From the IMG/VR virus record IMGVR_UViG_3300036985_007154: 64,000 nt of DNA; one strand, written 5' to 3'. Each line of letters opens with the position of its first letter. Position 1 is the stretch's first letter. The notes below the pieces were generated by a model that saw only the letters and a program-made list of their open reading frames with translations, did not search any database and was not told the DNA's origin. Origin of the DNA: an uncultured virus (IMG/VR IMGVR_UViG_3300036985_007154). Taxonomy: Duplodnaviria; Heunggongvirae; Uroviricota; Caudoviricetes. Below, one piece after another: positions 21,044 through 30,571 of the stretch. The translations under genes were made by a program, and so were the position numbers.

Positions 21044-21559
21044 ATGGCAGAAAAGTTAGTTCCAATAACAAGATTAGGTAAGTTCTTCGGTGCTGAAGAT
21101 TATAGTTTAGATATCGGGATGGGTGAGGAGTGGTTAATTGGTGACATGAATTTCACTGTAGTACTTTACCGTATTGATAGAAGAAAAACAAAAACTGATG
21201 ATGTTTATGGTGAAGTGTTGGAAGATGGAATACAATTTCAGGCTCCTGTTGAATTGAAAGGATTGGTTCAAGTTATAACACCGACTAGTAAATTTCTTGG
21301 AAACTCGAAGGTGGAACAAAAAGAACCTGGCAACATGAAGTTTAGTATTTACCAAAAAACCCTTGATGATATGGGTGTTGAGATTTTCCAAGGGGATTAT
21401 TTTGGATATTATGAGTCTGAAGATAGAGTACGATATTATGTTGTAAGTGATGACGGATATGTAAAGTCGGATAATAAACATACGTATGGTGGATACAAAC
21501 CTTTCTATAGAACTGTTATTGCCACTTATGTAAGTGAAAATGAATTTAGGGGAATATAA
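21044..21559 (+). CDS. Putative head-closure/neck protein (T4 gp14-like)
   Basis: 'V.LYRID...DDVYGE...F' pattern and position at the start of the tail module. Confidence 0.5.
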   Translation: MAEKLVPITRLGKFFGAEDYSLDIGMGEEWLIGDMNFTVVLYRIDRRKTKTDDVYGEVLEDGIQFQAPVELKGLVQVITPTSKFLGNSKVEQKEPGNMKFSIYQKTLDDMGVEIFQGDYFGYYESEDRVRYYVVSDDGYVKSDNKHTYGGYKPFYRTVIATYVSENEFRGI

Positions 21560-21720
21560 TGAAAATTATTGTTAGGGAAACTCAGCTGGCTCGAATAGTT
21601 GAAAAGGTCACCAAAGAGAAAGTTATTTGTGATGAATGTGGTTGGTCTTGGAAATTATCTGAAGGAGGTAAAGACCCTTACATATGCCATAAATGTGGAC
21701 ATGATAATTCTGAAAAATAA
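21559..21720 (+). CDS. 53-aa zinc-ribbon protein (absent from the ORF track)
   Basis: MKIIVRETQLARIVEKVTKEKVICDECGWSWKLSEGGKDPYICHKCGHDNSEK; two CxxC motifs; TAATG-coupled and fills the gap. Confidence 0.8.
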   Translation: MKIIVRETQLARIVEKVTKEKVICDECGWSWKLSEGGKDPYICHKCGHDNSEK

Positions 21721-21726
21721 AAAAAG

Positions 21727-22767
21727 ATGCCATTACCAAAACAAGTTAAACCTACATTACCTTTAGTTCCGAAAAAAACTTTGTATGCAAGAAGAGAACA
21801 ACTTCTTGAGTTTATAAACAAAGATGGAACTTATTTGCCAAAGTCAGTATTACATGCTGATTTGGATAGGGGTATGCTAGACTTTGTCAAAGAAGATCTT
21901 CAAGTTGTGACCGCTGGAAAAATTATTCCGATGGTTGATATTATAATTACAACCCAAAATTGGTCTCAATATGTTGAAACGGCATTATTTACCAACTTGG
22001 ATTTCAATCCTGAACCTCCATTCATAACAGTTGTTAGACAGCCTGAAGTTAAATTCGGAACAAATCCGTCTTTACAATATACTATACCTAACAGAAAACA
22101 ATTCTACTACGCCTCTGTGCCAACTTGGAATGGTAATGAACAAGGTATGGATATATATACAATCCCACAACCAGTTCCAGTTGATATTAATTACAGTGTT
22201 AAAATCATTTGTAATAGAATGAGAGAACTAAACCAACTTAATAAGATTATTATGCAAAAGTTTTCTTCAAGACAAGCATATACTTTTATTAAAGGTCAAT
22301 ATGTTCCAATTATTCTTAATAATATATCTGATGAGTCACAAATGCAGATGGACGCTAGAAAATACTTCGTTCAAAATTATGACTTCACTATGTTAGGTTA
22401 TTTGATTGATGAAGAAGAATTTGAAGTTAAGCCGGCAATTGCCAGAGTTGCACAAATCATGGAGTTGGATACTACCGTATTAAAAAGAAGAAGACCAAAG
22501 TTTCCTGAAAATCCCGATGAATTTTTATCCAACTTTTTATACATAGTTGGAAATGATACCTTAAGTGAGATAATTGATTTTACTGCCAATTTATCTTTAG
22601 TTGGGTCGACCAATGTTGATAGTTTCGATGTCTATATAAATGGTGATTATTATGGTAGCGATGTTCCAGAAATTCAAATTACTACTAATGATATTCTGAG
22701 GATAGATGTTGTCAAAACTAATAACTCTTTGGAATCAACAATCAAGTTTGAATCTCAGTTGGTTTAA
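21727..22767 (+). CDS. Putative tail terminator / sheath stabiliser (T4 gp15-like)
   Basis: 'PPFITVVR' and 'PVPVDINYSVKI...LNQLN..IMQKF'; lies upstream of the sheath gene. Confidence 0.55.
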   Translation: MPLPKQVKPTLPLVPKKTLYARREQLLEFINKDGTYLPKSVLHADLDRGMLDFVKEDLQVVTAGKIIPMVDIIITTQNWSQYVETALFTNLDFNPEPPFITVVRQPEVKFGTNPSLQYTIPNRKQFYYASVPTWNGNEQGMDIYTIPQPVPVDINYSVKIICNRMRELNQLNKIIMQKFSSRQAYTFIKGQYVPIILNNISDESQMQMDARKYFVQNYDFTMLGYLIDEEEFEVKPAIARVAQIMELDTTVLKRRRPKFPENPDEFLSNFLYIVGNDTLSEIIDFTANLSLVGSTNVDSFDVYINGDYYGSDVPEIQITTNDILRIDVVKTNNSLESTIKFESQLV

Positions 22768-22925
22768 TCCTCACCATAAATATCTTTCTTTTCTTTACAC
22801 CTCTCCACTATAAGATTTTCCAAAAACTTATAAATTTTTATCCCACGCTTTTCACAGTACTTTTTTAATATCTCGTGTGATTCAGGGGATATTTTGATAT
22901 TCTTAATTTCTTTGATTGTTTTCAT
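22764..22925 (-). CDS. 53-aa putative ribbon-helix-helix DNA-binding protein (absent from the ORF track)
   Basis: MKTIKEIKNIKISPESHEILKKYCEKRGIKIYKFLENLIVERCKEKKDIYGED; beta-strand 'KNIKI', helix, Gly turn, helix. Confidence 0.65.
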   Translation of the reverse strand: MKTIKEIKNIKISPESHEILKKYCEKRGIKIYKFLENLIVERCKEKKDIYGED

Positions 22926-23045
22926 AGGCAGAAAAAAGGTAGAATAAATTCATACTCCTTACAAATAGATATTCAAAAGTCAAGTTTTTTCACATAGATA
23001 TGAATATTTATCATTAAAATAAATCTGCAATAGAATAATTAAAGC

Positions 23046-26000
23046 ATGGCAACACAAGTAAATCAAAAGGTATACGTATCGCCTGGAGTATATACGTCTG
23101 AAACTGACTTATCATTTGTGGCTCAAAGTGTAGGTGTAACTACATTAGGTTTGGTAGGAGAAACAATTAAAGGTCCCGCATTCGAACCGATTTTTATCAC
23201 AAACTACGATGAGTTTCAAGCATATTTTGGGGGGACTGAACCTACAAAATTTATAAACACACAAATCCCTAAGTATGAAGCTGCATATATTGCAAAGTCA
23301 TACTTACAACAATCTAATCAACTTTTTGTTACAAGAATTTTAGGTCTATCAGGTTATGACGCTGGACCATCTTGGAGTATTAAGGTGATTGCGAACGTTG
23401 ACCCATTAACTATTGGTCTTAATCCTGCAACTGGAACTACATGGTTTGCAACCTTTTCAGGATCTTCATCAGGCAACACTGTAACATTTACAGGTGGGGC
23501 ATTACCTCCTCAAGTTCTTGCAAACTTCAACACTCAATATAGATTGTCTGATGGTAGTACATCAACTTTATCATTGGATTTTACAAGTAACCTTGATAAT
23601 ATCATGGATACTCCATCTTTATCTGCTAACACTGCAGTTGTTTATGGGGCGATGCCTGAATCTGACTTCTATGACTTAACAGCAACTTATTCAAACGTAA
23701 TAAATGAATATGGATGTGATACAGTTAATCTTGCAACTAACGACTTATCCTCTGATGCGAATGACCCATGGTATTATGCTAACTTTGATATTACATCAGG
23801 AAACGCATATTCAGGATATTCATTCTTCTATTACGTTTCTTCGTTAACTTCAGGAGCGTCTTCAACATTCACAGGTACCATTTCAGGTACAGTTTACAAT
23901 TATTCAGGTACTGCATATTATGATTACAACAACATGGTTGTTGCAACTTTACGTTCAAGAGGTATATCATTATTTACTAATAGTTCAACGAGTGACAATC
24001 ACGGTCCAATATATGAAGTAAGTGGATTAACTGATTTACAGTTAGTTTGTACTGAACAATATTCAGGAGTAACACAATCACCTTTCGAGTCATTCTTAAT
24101 TTCAGGTGTAACTAAAGACGGTGACAATTTCTCTTTTGAAACTTCAATGTCTGCATCATCTTCGAAATATATTACTAAGGTATTAGGTGTTGATAACTTC
24201 GGTAAATCAAGAAATGAAGTTCCTGTTTATGTTGAAGAAATTTATCCAAGTACTTTAACATACGCTTACAATCAAGGATATATTCGTGGATTAAACTGTA
24301 ATTTGATAGATTTACCAGGAGCAAGAAGTCAAGACCCAACATCAATCGCTTACAATGTAACACAGTATAAAGCACCAAGTACACCATTCTTAGTTTCTGA
24401 ATTGAGAGGAAATAAAGTTTATAACTTATTCAAATTTGTTTCAATTTCTGATGGTAACGCGGCAAACACTGAGGTAAAAGTTTCAATTGCTAATTTATCT
24501 TTCAATAACATGACATTTGATGTGTTGGTTAGAAATTTCTTTGACACCGATGCAAATCCTGTTGTTATTGAGAAATTTACTAACTGTAATATGGACCCAT
24601 TATCTAACAACTTTGTTGCTAAGAAAATAGGTTCTACCGATGGTGAATACGCTTTAATTTCACGATACATAATGATTGAATTGGCGGACGAAGCTCCAGT
24701 TGACGCAATCCCTTGTGGTTTCTACGGATATACCCAAAGAGAATACGCATCTGTAACAAACCCTTCACCAGTTCCAATTTTCAAAACAAAATATTATTTC
24801 CCTGGTGAAGTAATTTACAATCCTCCATTCGGGGCACCAACTGATGTAACTGAATCTTCAGGTGATATTGTAAGAAGAAGTTATTTAGGATTCTCAAGTC
24901 AATTTGGGGTTGATGATTCATTCTTACAATATAAAGGAACACAAAATCCATTGAACTGGATTGCGTCTCCAATACCTGTTGAGGGTCAAACTTGGAATTA
25001 CTTAAGTAAAGGTTTCCACATGGACTCTGGTGCAACTGTCGTTACAATTTCTAACTCTGAACTAACAAGTGGACAAACTGCTTTTGAGTGTGGAGTTGCT
25101 GATTTCACAAGAGACCCTGAAACTCAAGAAAACCCTTACTACTTTATTTACTCAAGAAAATATACAGTATGTTTTGCGGGTGGATTTGATGGATGGGATA
25201 TCTACAGAGAGTTTAGAACTAACCAAGACCAATTCCAATTAGGTGCAACAGGTTACTTGGCAGGAGCATCCGCTTCAACAAGATATCCAAACGCAACTGG
25301 TGATGGTCTATTCAAAAGAATTGTAGTTCAAAATAATACTCAAGATTTTGCGAATACCGATTACTACGCTTACTTACTTGGTATCTTAACATTCGCAAAT
25401 CCTGAATCAACTAACATCAACGTATTTGCGACATCAAGTATTGATTATGTAAACAACTCTAACCTTGTAGAAGAAGCTATCGACATGGTACAATTCTCAA
25501 GAGCGGATTCAGTTTACATCGCAACTACTCCTGATTACAACATGTATACTCCTGATGCAACTAATCCTCAAGATATAATCTACTCTCAAGATGCGGTTGA
25601 TAACTTGGATAACACAGGTATTGATTCTAACTATACTGCAACTTACTATCCTTGGATTCTTACAAGAGATACTGTTAATAATACACAAATTTACTTACCT
25701 GCTACAGGTGAAGTTTGTAGAAACTTAGCGTTGACAGATAATATCGCATTCCCTTGGTTCGCATCAGCGGGTTACACAAGAGGTCTTGTGAACTCAATCA
25801 AAGCGAGAGTTAAACTGACTCAGGAAGACAGAGATACATTGTATCAAGGTAGAATCAACCCTATCGCAACTTTCTCTGATATAGGAACTGTAATTTGGGG
25901 TAACAAAACTTTACAAGTTGCAGATACCGCACTTAACAGATTGAACGTAAGAAGATTGTTACTTCAAGCAAGAAAGTTAATTTCAGCAGTAGCAGTAAGA

Positions 26001-26246
26001 TTGTTGTTCGAACAAAACGACCAAATTGTTAGACAACAATTCTTGGATAGTGTTAACCCTATCTTAGATTCAATTAGAAGAGATAGAGGTCTTTACGACT
26101 TCAGAGTAACAGTTTCTTCTACACCTGAAGACTTAGATAGAAATACATTAACAGGTAAGATATACTTAAAACCAACGAAGGCATTAGAATTCATCGATAT
26201 CGAATTCTTTATCACTCCAACAGGAGCTTCGTTCGAAAATATCTAA
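23046..26246 (+). CDS. Contractile tail sheath protein
   Basis: 'SPGVYTSETDLS', 'WFASAGYTRG', 'LYQGRINPI', 'WGNKT', 'LNVRRL', 'FEQND', 'KPTKALEFI'. Confidence 0.95.
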   Translation: MATQVNQKVYVSPGVYTSETDLSFVAQSVGVTTLGLVGETIKGPAFEPIFITNYDEFQAYFGGTEPTKFINTQIPKYEAAYIAKSYLQQSNQLFVTRILGLSGYDAGPSWSIKVIANVDPLTIGLNPATGTTWFATFSGSSSGNTVTFTGGALPPQVLANFNTQYRLSDGSTSTLSLDFTSNLDNIMDTPSLSANTAVVYGAMPESDFYDLTATYSNVINEYGCDTVNLATNDLSSDANDPWYYANFDITSGNAYSGYSFFYYVSSLTSGASSTFTGTISGTVYNYSGTAYYDYNNMVVATLRSRGISLFTNSSTSDNHGPIYEVSGLTDLQLVCTEQYSGVTQSPFESFLISGVTKDGDNFSFETSMSASSSKYITKVLGVDNFGKSRNEVPVYVEEIYPSTLTYAYNQGYIRGLNCNLIDLPGARSQDPTSIAYNVTQYKAPSTPFLVSELRGNKVYNLFKFVSISDGNAANTEVKVSIANLSFNNMTFDVLVRNFFDTDANPVVIEKFTNCNMDPLSNNFVAKKIGSTDGEYALISRYIMIELADEAPVDAIPCGFYGYTQREYASVTNPSPVPIFKTKYYFPGEVIYNPPFGAPTDVTESSGDIVRRSYLGFSSQFGVDDSFLQYKGTQNPLNWIASPIPVEGQTWNYLSKGFHMDSGATVVTISNSELTSGQTAFECGVADFTRDPETQENPYYFIYSRKYTVCFAGGFDGWDIYREFRTNQDQFQLGATGYLAGASASTRYPNATGDGLFKRIVVQNNTQDFANTDYYAYLLGILTFANPESTNINVFATSSIDYVNNSNLVEEAIDMVQFSRADSVYIATTPDYNMYTPDATNPQDIIYSQDAVDNLDNTGIDSNYTATYYPWILTRDTVNNTQIYLPATGEVCRNLALTDNIAFPWFASAGYTRGLVNSIKARVKLTQEDRDTLYQGRINPIATFSDIGTVIWGNKTLQVADTALNRLNVRRLLLQARKLISAVAVRLLFEQNDQIVRQQFLDSVNPILDSIRRDRGLYDFRVTVSSTPEDLDRNTLTGKIYLKPTKALEFIDIEFFITPTGASFENI

Positions 26247-26257
26247 CAATAATTTAT

Positions 26258-26279
26258 GGGGGGATAATATCCCCCCTTT
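26258..26279 (+). terminator. Hairpin / terminator after the sheath gene
   Basis: GGGGGGAT-AAT-ATCCCCCC followed by TTT. Confidence 0.6.
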
Positions 26280-26285
26280 AGCCAA

Positions 26286-27116
26286 ATGAGAAAAGAGTTA
26301 ACAGAAGGATTCAAAACTGAGGGGGCACCAGATCTTAAGTATTATGCGTTCGATTGGGACGATAATATTGTTCATATGCCAACAAAAATTTTGGTCAAAG
26401 ATGAGGAAGGTAATGAGGTTGGCATGTCTACTGATGATTTCGCAGAGTTTAGACATCTAATAGGTAAAGAACCATTCACATATAAAGGTAATAAAATTGT
26501 GGGATACTCTGATTCTCCGTTTAGAAACTTTAGAACTGATGGAGACAAAGATTTTTTGGTGGACTCTTTAAGGGCAAAAAAAGGACCAGCATTCGATGAT
26601 TTTAGAGAAGCAATAAATAATGGTTCAATATTTGCGATAATAACTGCGAGAGGTCATAATCCAAACACTATAAAAGAAGCAATTTATAACTATATTATAG
26701 AAGGGTTCAACGGAATCGATAAAGATGAGTTAATTAAAAATCTAAAAAAATATAGGTCTTTTGTGGAAGAAGATGAAATGACGGACGAGGAACTTATCAA
26801 ATCTTATTTAGAACTTAATAAGTATAATCCGGTATCTTTTGGAGACGACAAAGGGGCTGTTAATCCTGAAGAAGCTAAAGTCGAAGCAATGGAAGATTTT
26901 GTTAGTTATATTAAAGGAATGGCAGCAGTACTTAATAAAAAAGCATTCTTAAAAAAGGATATTGCTAATAAATTTAATCCAGAAAAATTATCAATAGGAT
27001 TTAGTGACGATGATCCAAAAAATATAGAAGTAATGCAAAAGCATTTCAAAAATAAACCAGATAATATAGTTAAGACTTATTCTACTGCTGGAGGCTATAA
27101 GAAAGAAGTAAATTAA
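26286..27116 (+). CDS. HAD-superfamily phosphatase-like protein
   Basis: 'AFDWDDNI' (motif I), 'ITARG' (motif II), 'K' (motif III), 'FSDDD' (motif IV). Confidence 0.75.
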   Translation: MRKELTEGFKTEGAPDLKYYAFDWDDNIVHMPTKILVKDEEGNEVGMSTDDFAEFRHLIGKEPFTYKGNKIVGYSDSPFRNFRTDGDKDFLVDSLRAKKGPAFDDFREAINNGSIFAIITARGHNPNTIKEAIYNYIIEGFNGIDKDELIKNLKKYRSFVEEDEMTDEELIKSYLELNKYNPVSFGDDKGAVNPEEAKVEAMEDFVSYIKGMAAVLNKKAFLKKDIANKFNPEKLSIGFSDDDPKNIEVMQKHFKNKPDNIVKTYSTAGGYKKEVN

Positions 27117-27209
27117 GAATATGAATATCAAAAAAAAAGTAAATAGAAAAATTTTTGATAACGGATATATTTATCTATAAAATAACAGAAAAAAAAAATT
27201 TAAAAACAC

Positions 27210-27698
27210 ATGGCTGATTTGTTAATGAAAATGCCGATTCCTTACGAACCAAAACGACAGAATCGTTTTATCTTAAGGTTTCCATCATCTCTAGGTATAA
27301 ATGAATGGTTTGTTGAATCTGCAGCAAGACCACATATAGTTATAAACCCTGTCCCAATTCCTTTCTTGAACACTGAGACATATGTCGCTGGTAAGTTTAC
27401 GTGGCAAACAATTCCGGCTGTTTTCAGAGACCCAATTGGACCTTCTGCAGCTCAAGCTCTTATGGAATGGGTTCGTTTACATGCAGAATCCGTTACAGGT
27501 CGTATGGGTTATGCTGCGGGTTATAAAAAAGATGTTGATCTTGAAATGTTGGACCCAACCGGTGTTGTTGTTGAAAAGTGGATTTTATATGGTACTTTCC
27601 TAACCGATGTAAACTTTAACTCTTTAAGTTACGCACAAGATGGATTAGCGACAATCAATGCGACACTTAGAATGGACCGTTGCGTACTCGTTTATTAA
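27210..27698 (+). CDS. Tail tube protein (T4 gp19-like)
   Basis: 'YEPKRQNRF', 'KFTWQTI', 'EW...TGRMGYAAGYKKD..LEMLDPTG..VEKWIL.G'; size and position fit. Confidence 0.85.
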   Translation: MADLLMKMPIPYEPKRQNRFILRFPSSLGINEWFVESAARPHIVINPVPIPFLNTETYVAGKFTWQTIPAVFRDPIGPSAAQALMEWVRLHAESVTGRMGYAAGYKKDVDLEMLDPTGVVVEKWILYGTFLTDVNFNSLSYAQDGLATINATLRMDRCVLVY

Positions 27699-27738
27699 TT
27701 TATCAAGATACTATTTATTAAAAATAAAACACTTTTAT

Positions 27739-27778
27739 ATTTAACCGTAAAGTACATAAACTTTACGGTTAAATTTTT
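27739..27778 (+). terminator. 15-bp hairpin / terminator between the tube and chaperone genes
   Basis: ATTTAACCGTAAAGT-ACATAA-ACTTTACGGTTAAAT followed by TTTT. Confidence 0.7.
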
Positions 27779-27780
27779 AT

Positions 27781-28524
27781 ATGGATAATCAAGCAAAAGA
27801 ATACGGACAAACAAATTTTTCGTTACCACACGATGTTGTTCCTTTACCTACACAAGGAGCCTTCTACAAGAATAAGAAAAAATCAATTAAAGTTGGATAT
27901 CTAACTGCTAATGATGAGAATATTTTAATGGCGGGTGGGAACGACATGACTCAAACTTTGTTAAGGTCTAAGATATACGAACCTGATCTTCGTGTTGAAG
28001 ATTTAATGGAAGGAGATGTTGAAGCAATTTTAATTTTTTTAAGGAATACCGCTTTTGGCCCTGAAATGGAATTGAACTTAACCGACCCTGGTACAAAAAA
28101 ACCATTCAAAAGTACTGTTAGGTTAGACGAGTTGGATATAATAAAGGGACAACAACCTTCAGATGATGGAACATTTATCACCACATTACCAAAGTCTCAA
28201 ACTACTGTGAAGTTAAAACCTATGAGTTATGGTGAAATACTGGATGTTCAAAAAATGTCGGATTCTTATCCACAAGGTAGAACCGCACCAAAAGTTACTT
28301 GGAGATTAAACAAACAAATTTTAGAAATTAATGGTGTAACAGATAGGTCAGAAATTTCAAAATTTATTGACCAAATGCCAATTGCGGACTCCAAGTACAT
28401 AAGAAAGTTCATGGATGAAAATGAACCTAAATTAGATTTAACGAGAACAGTAATAGCCCCATCAGGAGAGAAGCTAACAGTCAATGTTGGATTTGGGGTG
28501 GACTTTTTTCGCCCTTTCTTCTAA
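27781..28524 (+). CDS. Tail assembly chaperone / baseplate hub assembly protein (T4 gp26-like)
   Basis: 'VPLPTQG.FY', 'YLTANDENIL', 'GDVEAILIFLR', C-terminal 'FFRP'; located between tube and tape measure genes. Confidence 0.7.
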   Translation: MDNQAKEYGQTNFSLPHDVVPLPTQGAFYKNKKKSIKVGYLTANDENILMAGGNDMTQTLLRSKIYEPDLRVEDLMEGDVEAILIFLRNTAFGPEMELNLTDPGTKKPFKSTVRLDELDIIKGQQPSDDGTFITTLPKSQTTVKLKPMSYGEILDVQKMSDSYPQGRTAPKVTWRLNKQILEINGVTDRSEISKFIDQMPIADSKYIRKFMDENEPKLDLTRTVIAPSGEKLTVNVGFGVDFFRPFF

Positions 28525-28663
28525 TTACAGAAAATCGCAAATAGATGAGTTTTATTACTTAACTAAGTTGTTAAATATTTCATATCAAGATTTTTTAATT
28601 ATGCCCTTATTTATAAGAAAATATCTTTTGGACAAATGGGTAGAAGAAAACAAAAAGGACTGA
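28484..28663 (+). CDS. Small overlapping +1-frame ORF (gp51/GT-like chaperone extension; absent from the ORF track)
   Basis: (MLDLGW)TFFALSSNYRKSQIDEFYYLTKLLNISYQDFLIMPLFIRKYLLDKWVEENKKD; overlaps the upstream gene across TTTTTTC. Confidence 0.7.
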   Translation: MLDLGWTFFALSSNYRKSQIDEFYYLTKLLNISYQDFLIMPLFIRKYLLDKWVEENKKD

Positions 28664-28678
28664 AAAATCAGTCCTTTT
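28653..28678 (+). terminator. Intrinsic terminator-like hairpin
   Basis: AAAAGGACTGA-AAAA-TCAGTCCTTTT, covering the stop codon of the small ORF. Confidence 0.7.
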
Positions 28679-28707
28679 GTATTTATAATATATAGATTTA
28701 AATATGT

Positions 28708-30531
28708 ATGGCTGACGACAAAAAAAATTCAATTGAACAACTCAAAGAAGATGTTTTAAATCAACTTAAAGTTGATGCTAATACATTTATAGAATCCTCT
28801 GATGCCTTATCACAATATGCGAATGACATAAATAAACTTTTTACTCAGGGCAGACAGAGGATGCTCGAACTTCAAACCGCTCTGGCGGATACTACACCAA
28901 GTATCGCAAGAATGGGTGGGAGTATTGGAGATGTTGCAAATATAATTGGTAAAGTTGCAACTGAATCACGACGAAATGTCGTGGCTTCTACAGAAGAAGT
29001 TGAAAAATTATTTGCTGCTCAAAAAGTTTTAGGACTTGGAGCAGATACTCTAACTAAAGCATTTTTAGATGTTGGAGCAGGTATAGAAACTATTGGTGAT
29101 ACATTAGAAGAATCTGTTAACTACATTCAAAGTATTGGAGGTAACGCTGCGACAGTAATGAAAGATGTTACCAACAACATGGACCAAATGAACCGATATC
29201 AATTTGAGGGTGGGGTTATGGGACTGACAAAAATGGCGGCCCAAGCTTCTATGTTGAGATTTGATATGAACCAAACGTTCCAACTTGCAGATAAAGTATT
29301 ATCTCCTGAAGGAGCAATTGAAACTGCTGCAGCATTTCAACGGTTAGGAGTTGCTGCGGGAACTTTAGTTGACCCGTTTGCTTTGATGAATGCATCAATT
29401 AATGATCCAGGGTCCCTACAAGATAGTTTAGTAGATGTTGCAAAACAATTTACCTATTTCGATGAAAAAACAAAAACATTCAAAATTAATCCACAAGGGG
29501 TTCTCACATTAAAAGAACTACAGACTCAAACAGGTGTAAGTGCTGCGGAAATGAGTAAGTTAGGATTGGCGGCTGCTGAGGCGGATAAAAGAATTTCTGC
29601 GGTAGGATCAGCAGGTCTTAACATTAAAGAAGACGACAAACAGTATCTTGCAAACATAGCAAGGATGGGTGAGGGTGGAGAGTATGAAGTTAAAATACGA
29701 AATGAAGAGGGAATAGAATCTACAAGAAAGTTAACGGAAATTACTCAAACTGAATTTGAAAATTTAATTAAAGAACAGAGAGATCGTCCCAAAGACATGG
29801 AAGAAATCGCCAGATCTCAAATGAGTACTTCTCAAGTAATTATGGCGGATGTTTCTGCAATACGTGCTAAAATTGTTGGAGGAGTTGTTAGTGCTGGACA
29901 AGTATTACAAACTAAAGAAGATATACGAGGTACCGTAACAAACGTGAGTGGAGAGTTTTCAAAAATGGGAACTACTAAAAGTGTTAGGGATGTTACAGAA
30001 ACTGGAATTACTGATCTTAAAACTTTGTATTATGATTTGACTGAGGGAAATAAAGACAATGTAACCGCAATATCAGATTACTTAAATAAATCAGGTGATT
30101 TACTCGGTCAAGTTGAAAAAGATTTTAAAAAATCTTTGGAAGATACCGCAAGACAAATGAAAGATAAAGCTAAGGAAGGTTCCCTTGAAGAAACATTACT
30201 TAATAAAATCGAGGGAAGAATTGATGAAAAAGAAACTGCACTTAAACAAATCTCGGGTAATCAGACCACATCAAGTTTATTGGAAGGAAGACAAACACAA
30301 GTTCAAGAGATTACAAGAAATACTACAAGTACCAATGGTACAATGAAATCTACAATAGATATAGGTGGCACACTTAAAGTGGAAGTTACTTCTCCAACAG
30401 GAACTGATTCTCAAACGATTGACAAAGCTTTTTACAATTTATTTAATTCAGATGAATTCAGAAATCTAGTAAGAAACATACAAAATGAAGGTAAAGGTCT
30501 TAATCCAGTATCAACCACTTTCGGTAATTAA
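28708..30531 (+). CDS. Putative tape measure protein
   Basis: 607-aa Ala/Gln/Lys-rich helical sequence in the canonical position after the tube and chaperone genes. Confidence 0.65.
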   Translation: MADDKKNSIEQLKEDVLNQLKVDANTFIESSDALSQYANDINKLFTQGRQRMLELQTALADTTPSIARMGGSIGDVANIIGKVATESRRNVVASTEEVEKLFAAQKVLGLGADTLTKAFLDVGAGIETIGDTLEESVNYIQSIGGNAATVMKDVTNNMDQMNRYQFEGGVMGLTKMAAQASMLRFDMNQTFQLADKVLSPEGAIETAAAFQRLGVAAGTLVDPFALMNASINDPGSLQDSLVDVAKQFTYFDEKTKTFKINPQGVLTLKELQTQTGVSAAEMSKLGLAAAEADKRISAVGSAGLNIKEDDKQYLANIARMGEGGEYEVKIRNEEGIESTRKLTEITQTEFENLIKEQRDRPKDMEEIARSQMSTSQVIMADVSAIRAKIVGGVVSAGQVLQTKEDIRGTVTNVSGEFSKMGTTKSVRDVTETGITDLKTLYYDLTEGNKDNVTAISDYLNKSGDLLGQVEKDFKKSLEDTARQMKDKAKEGSLEETLLNKIEGRIDEKETALKQISGNQTTSSLLEGRQTQVQEITRNTTSTNGTMKSTIDIGGTLKVEVTSPTGTDSQTIDKAFYNLFNSDEFRNLVRNIQNEGKGLNPVSTTFGN

Positions 30532-30571
30532 AAACCCTTAAACAATCTATTTATAAATAAAAAAAATATAG

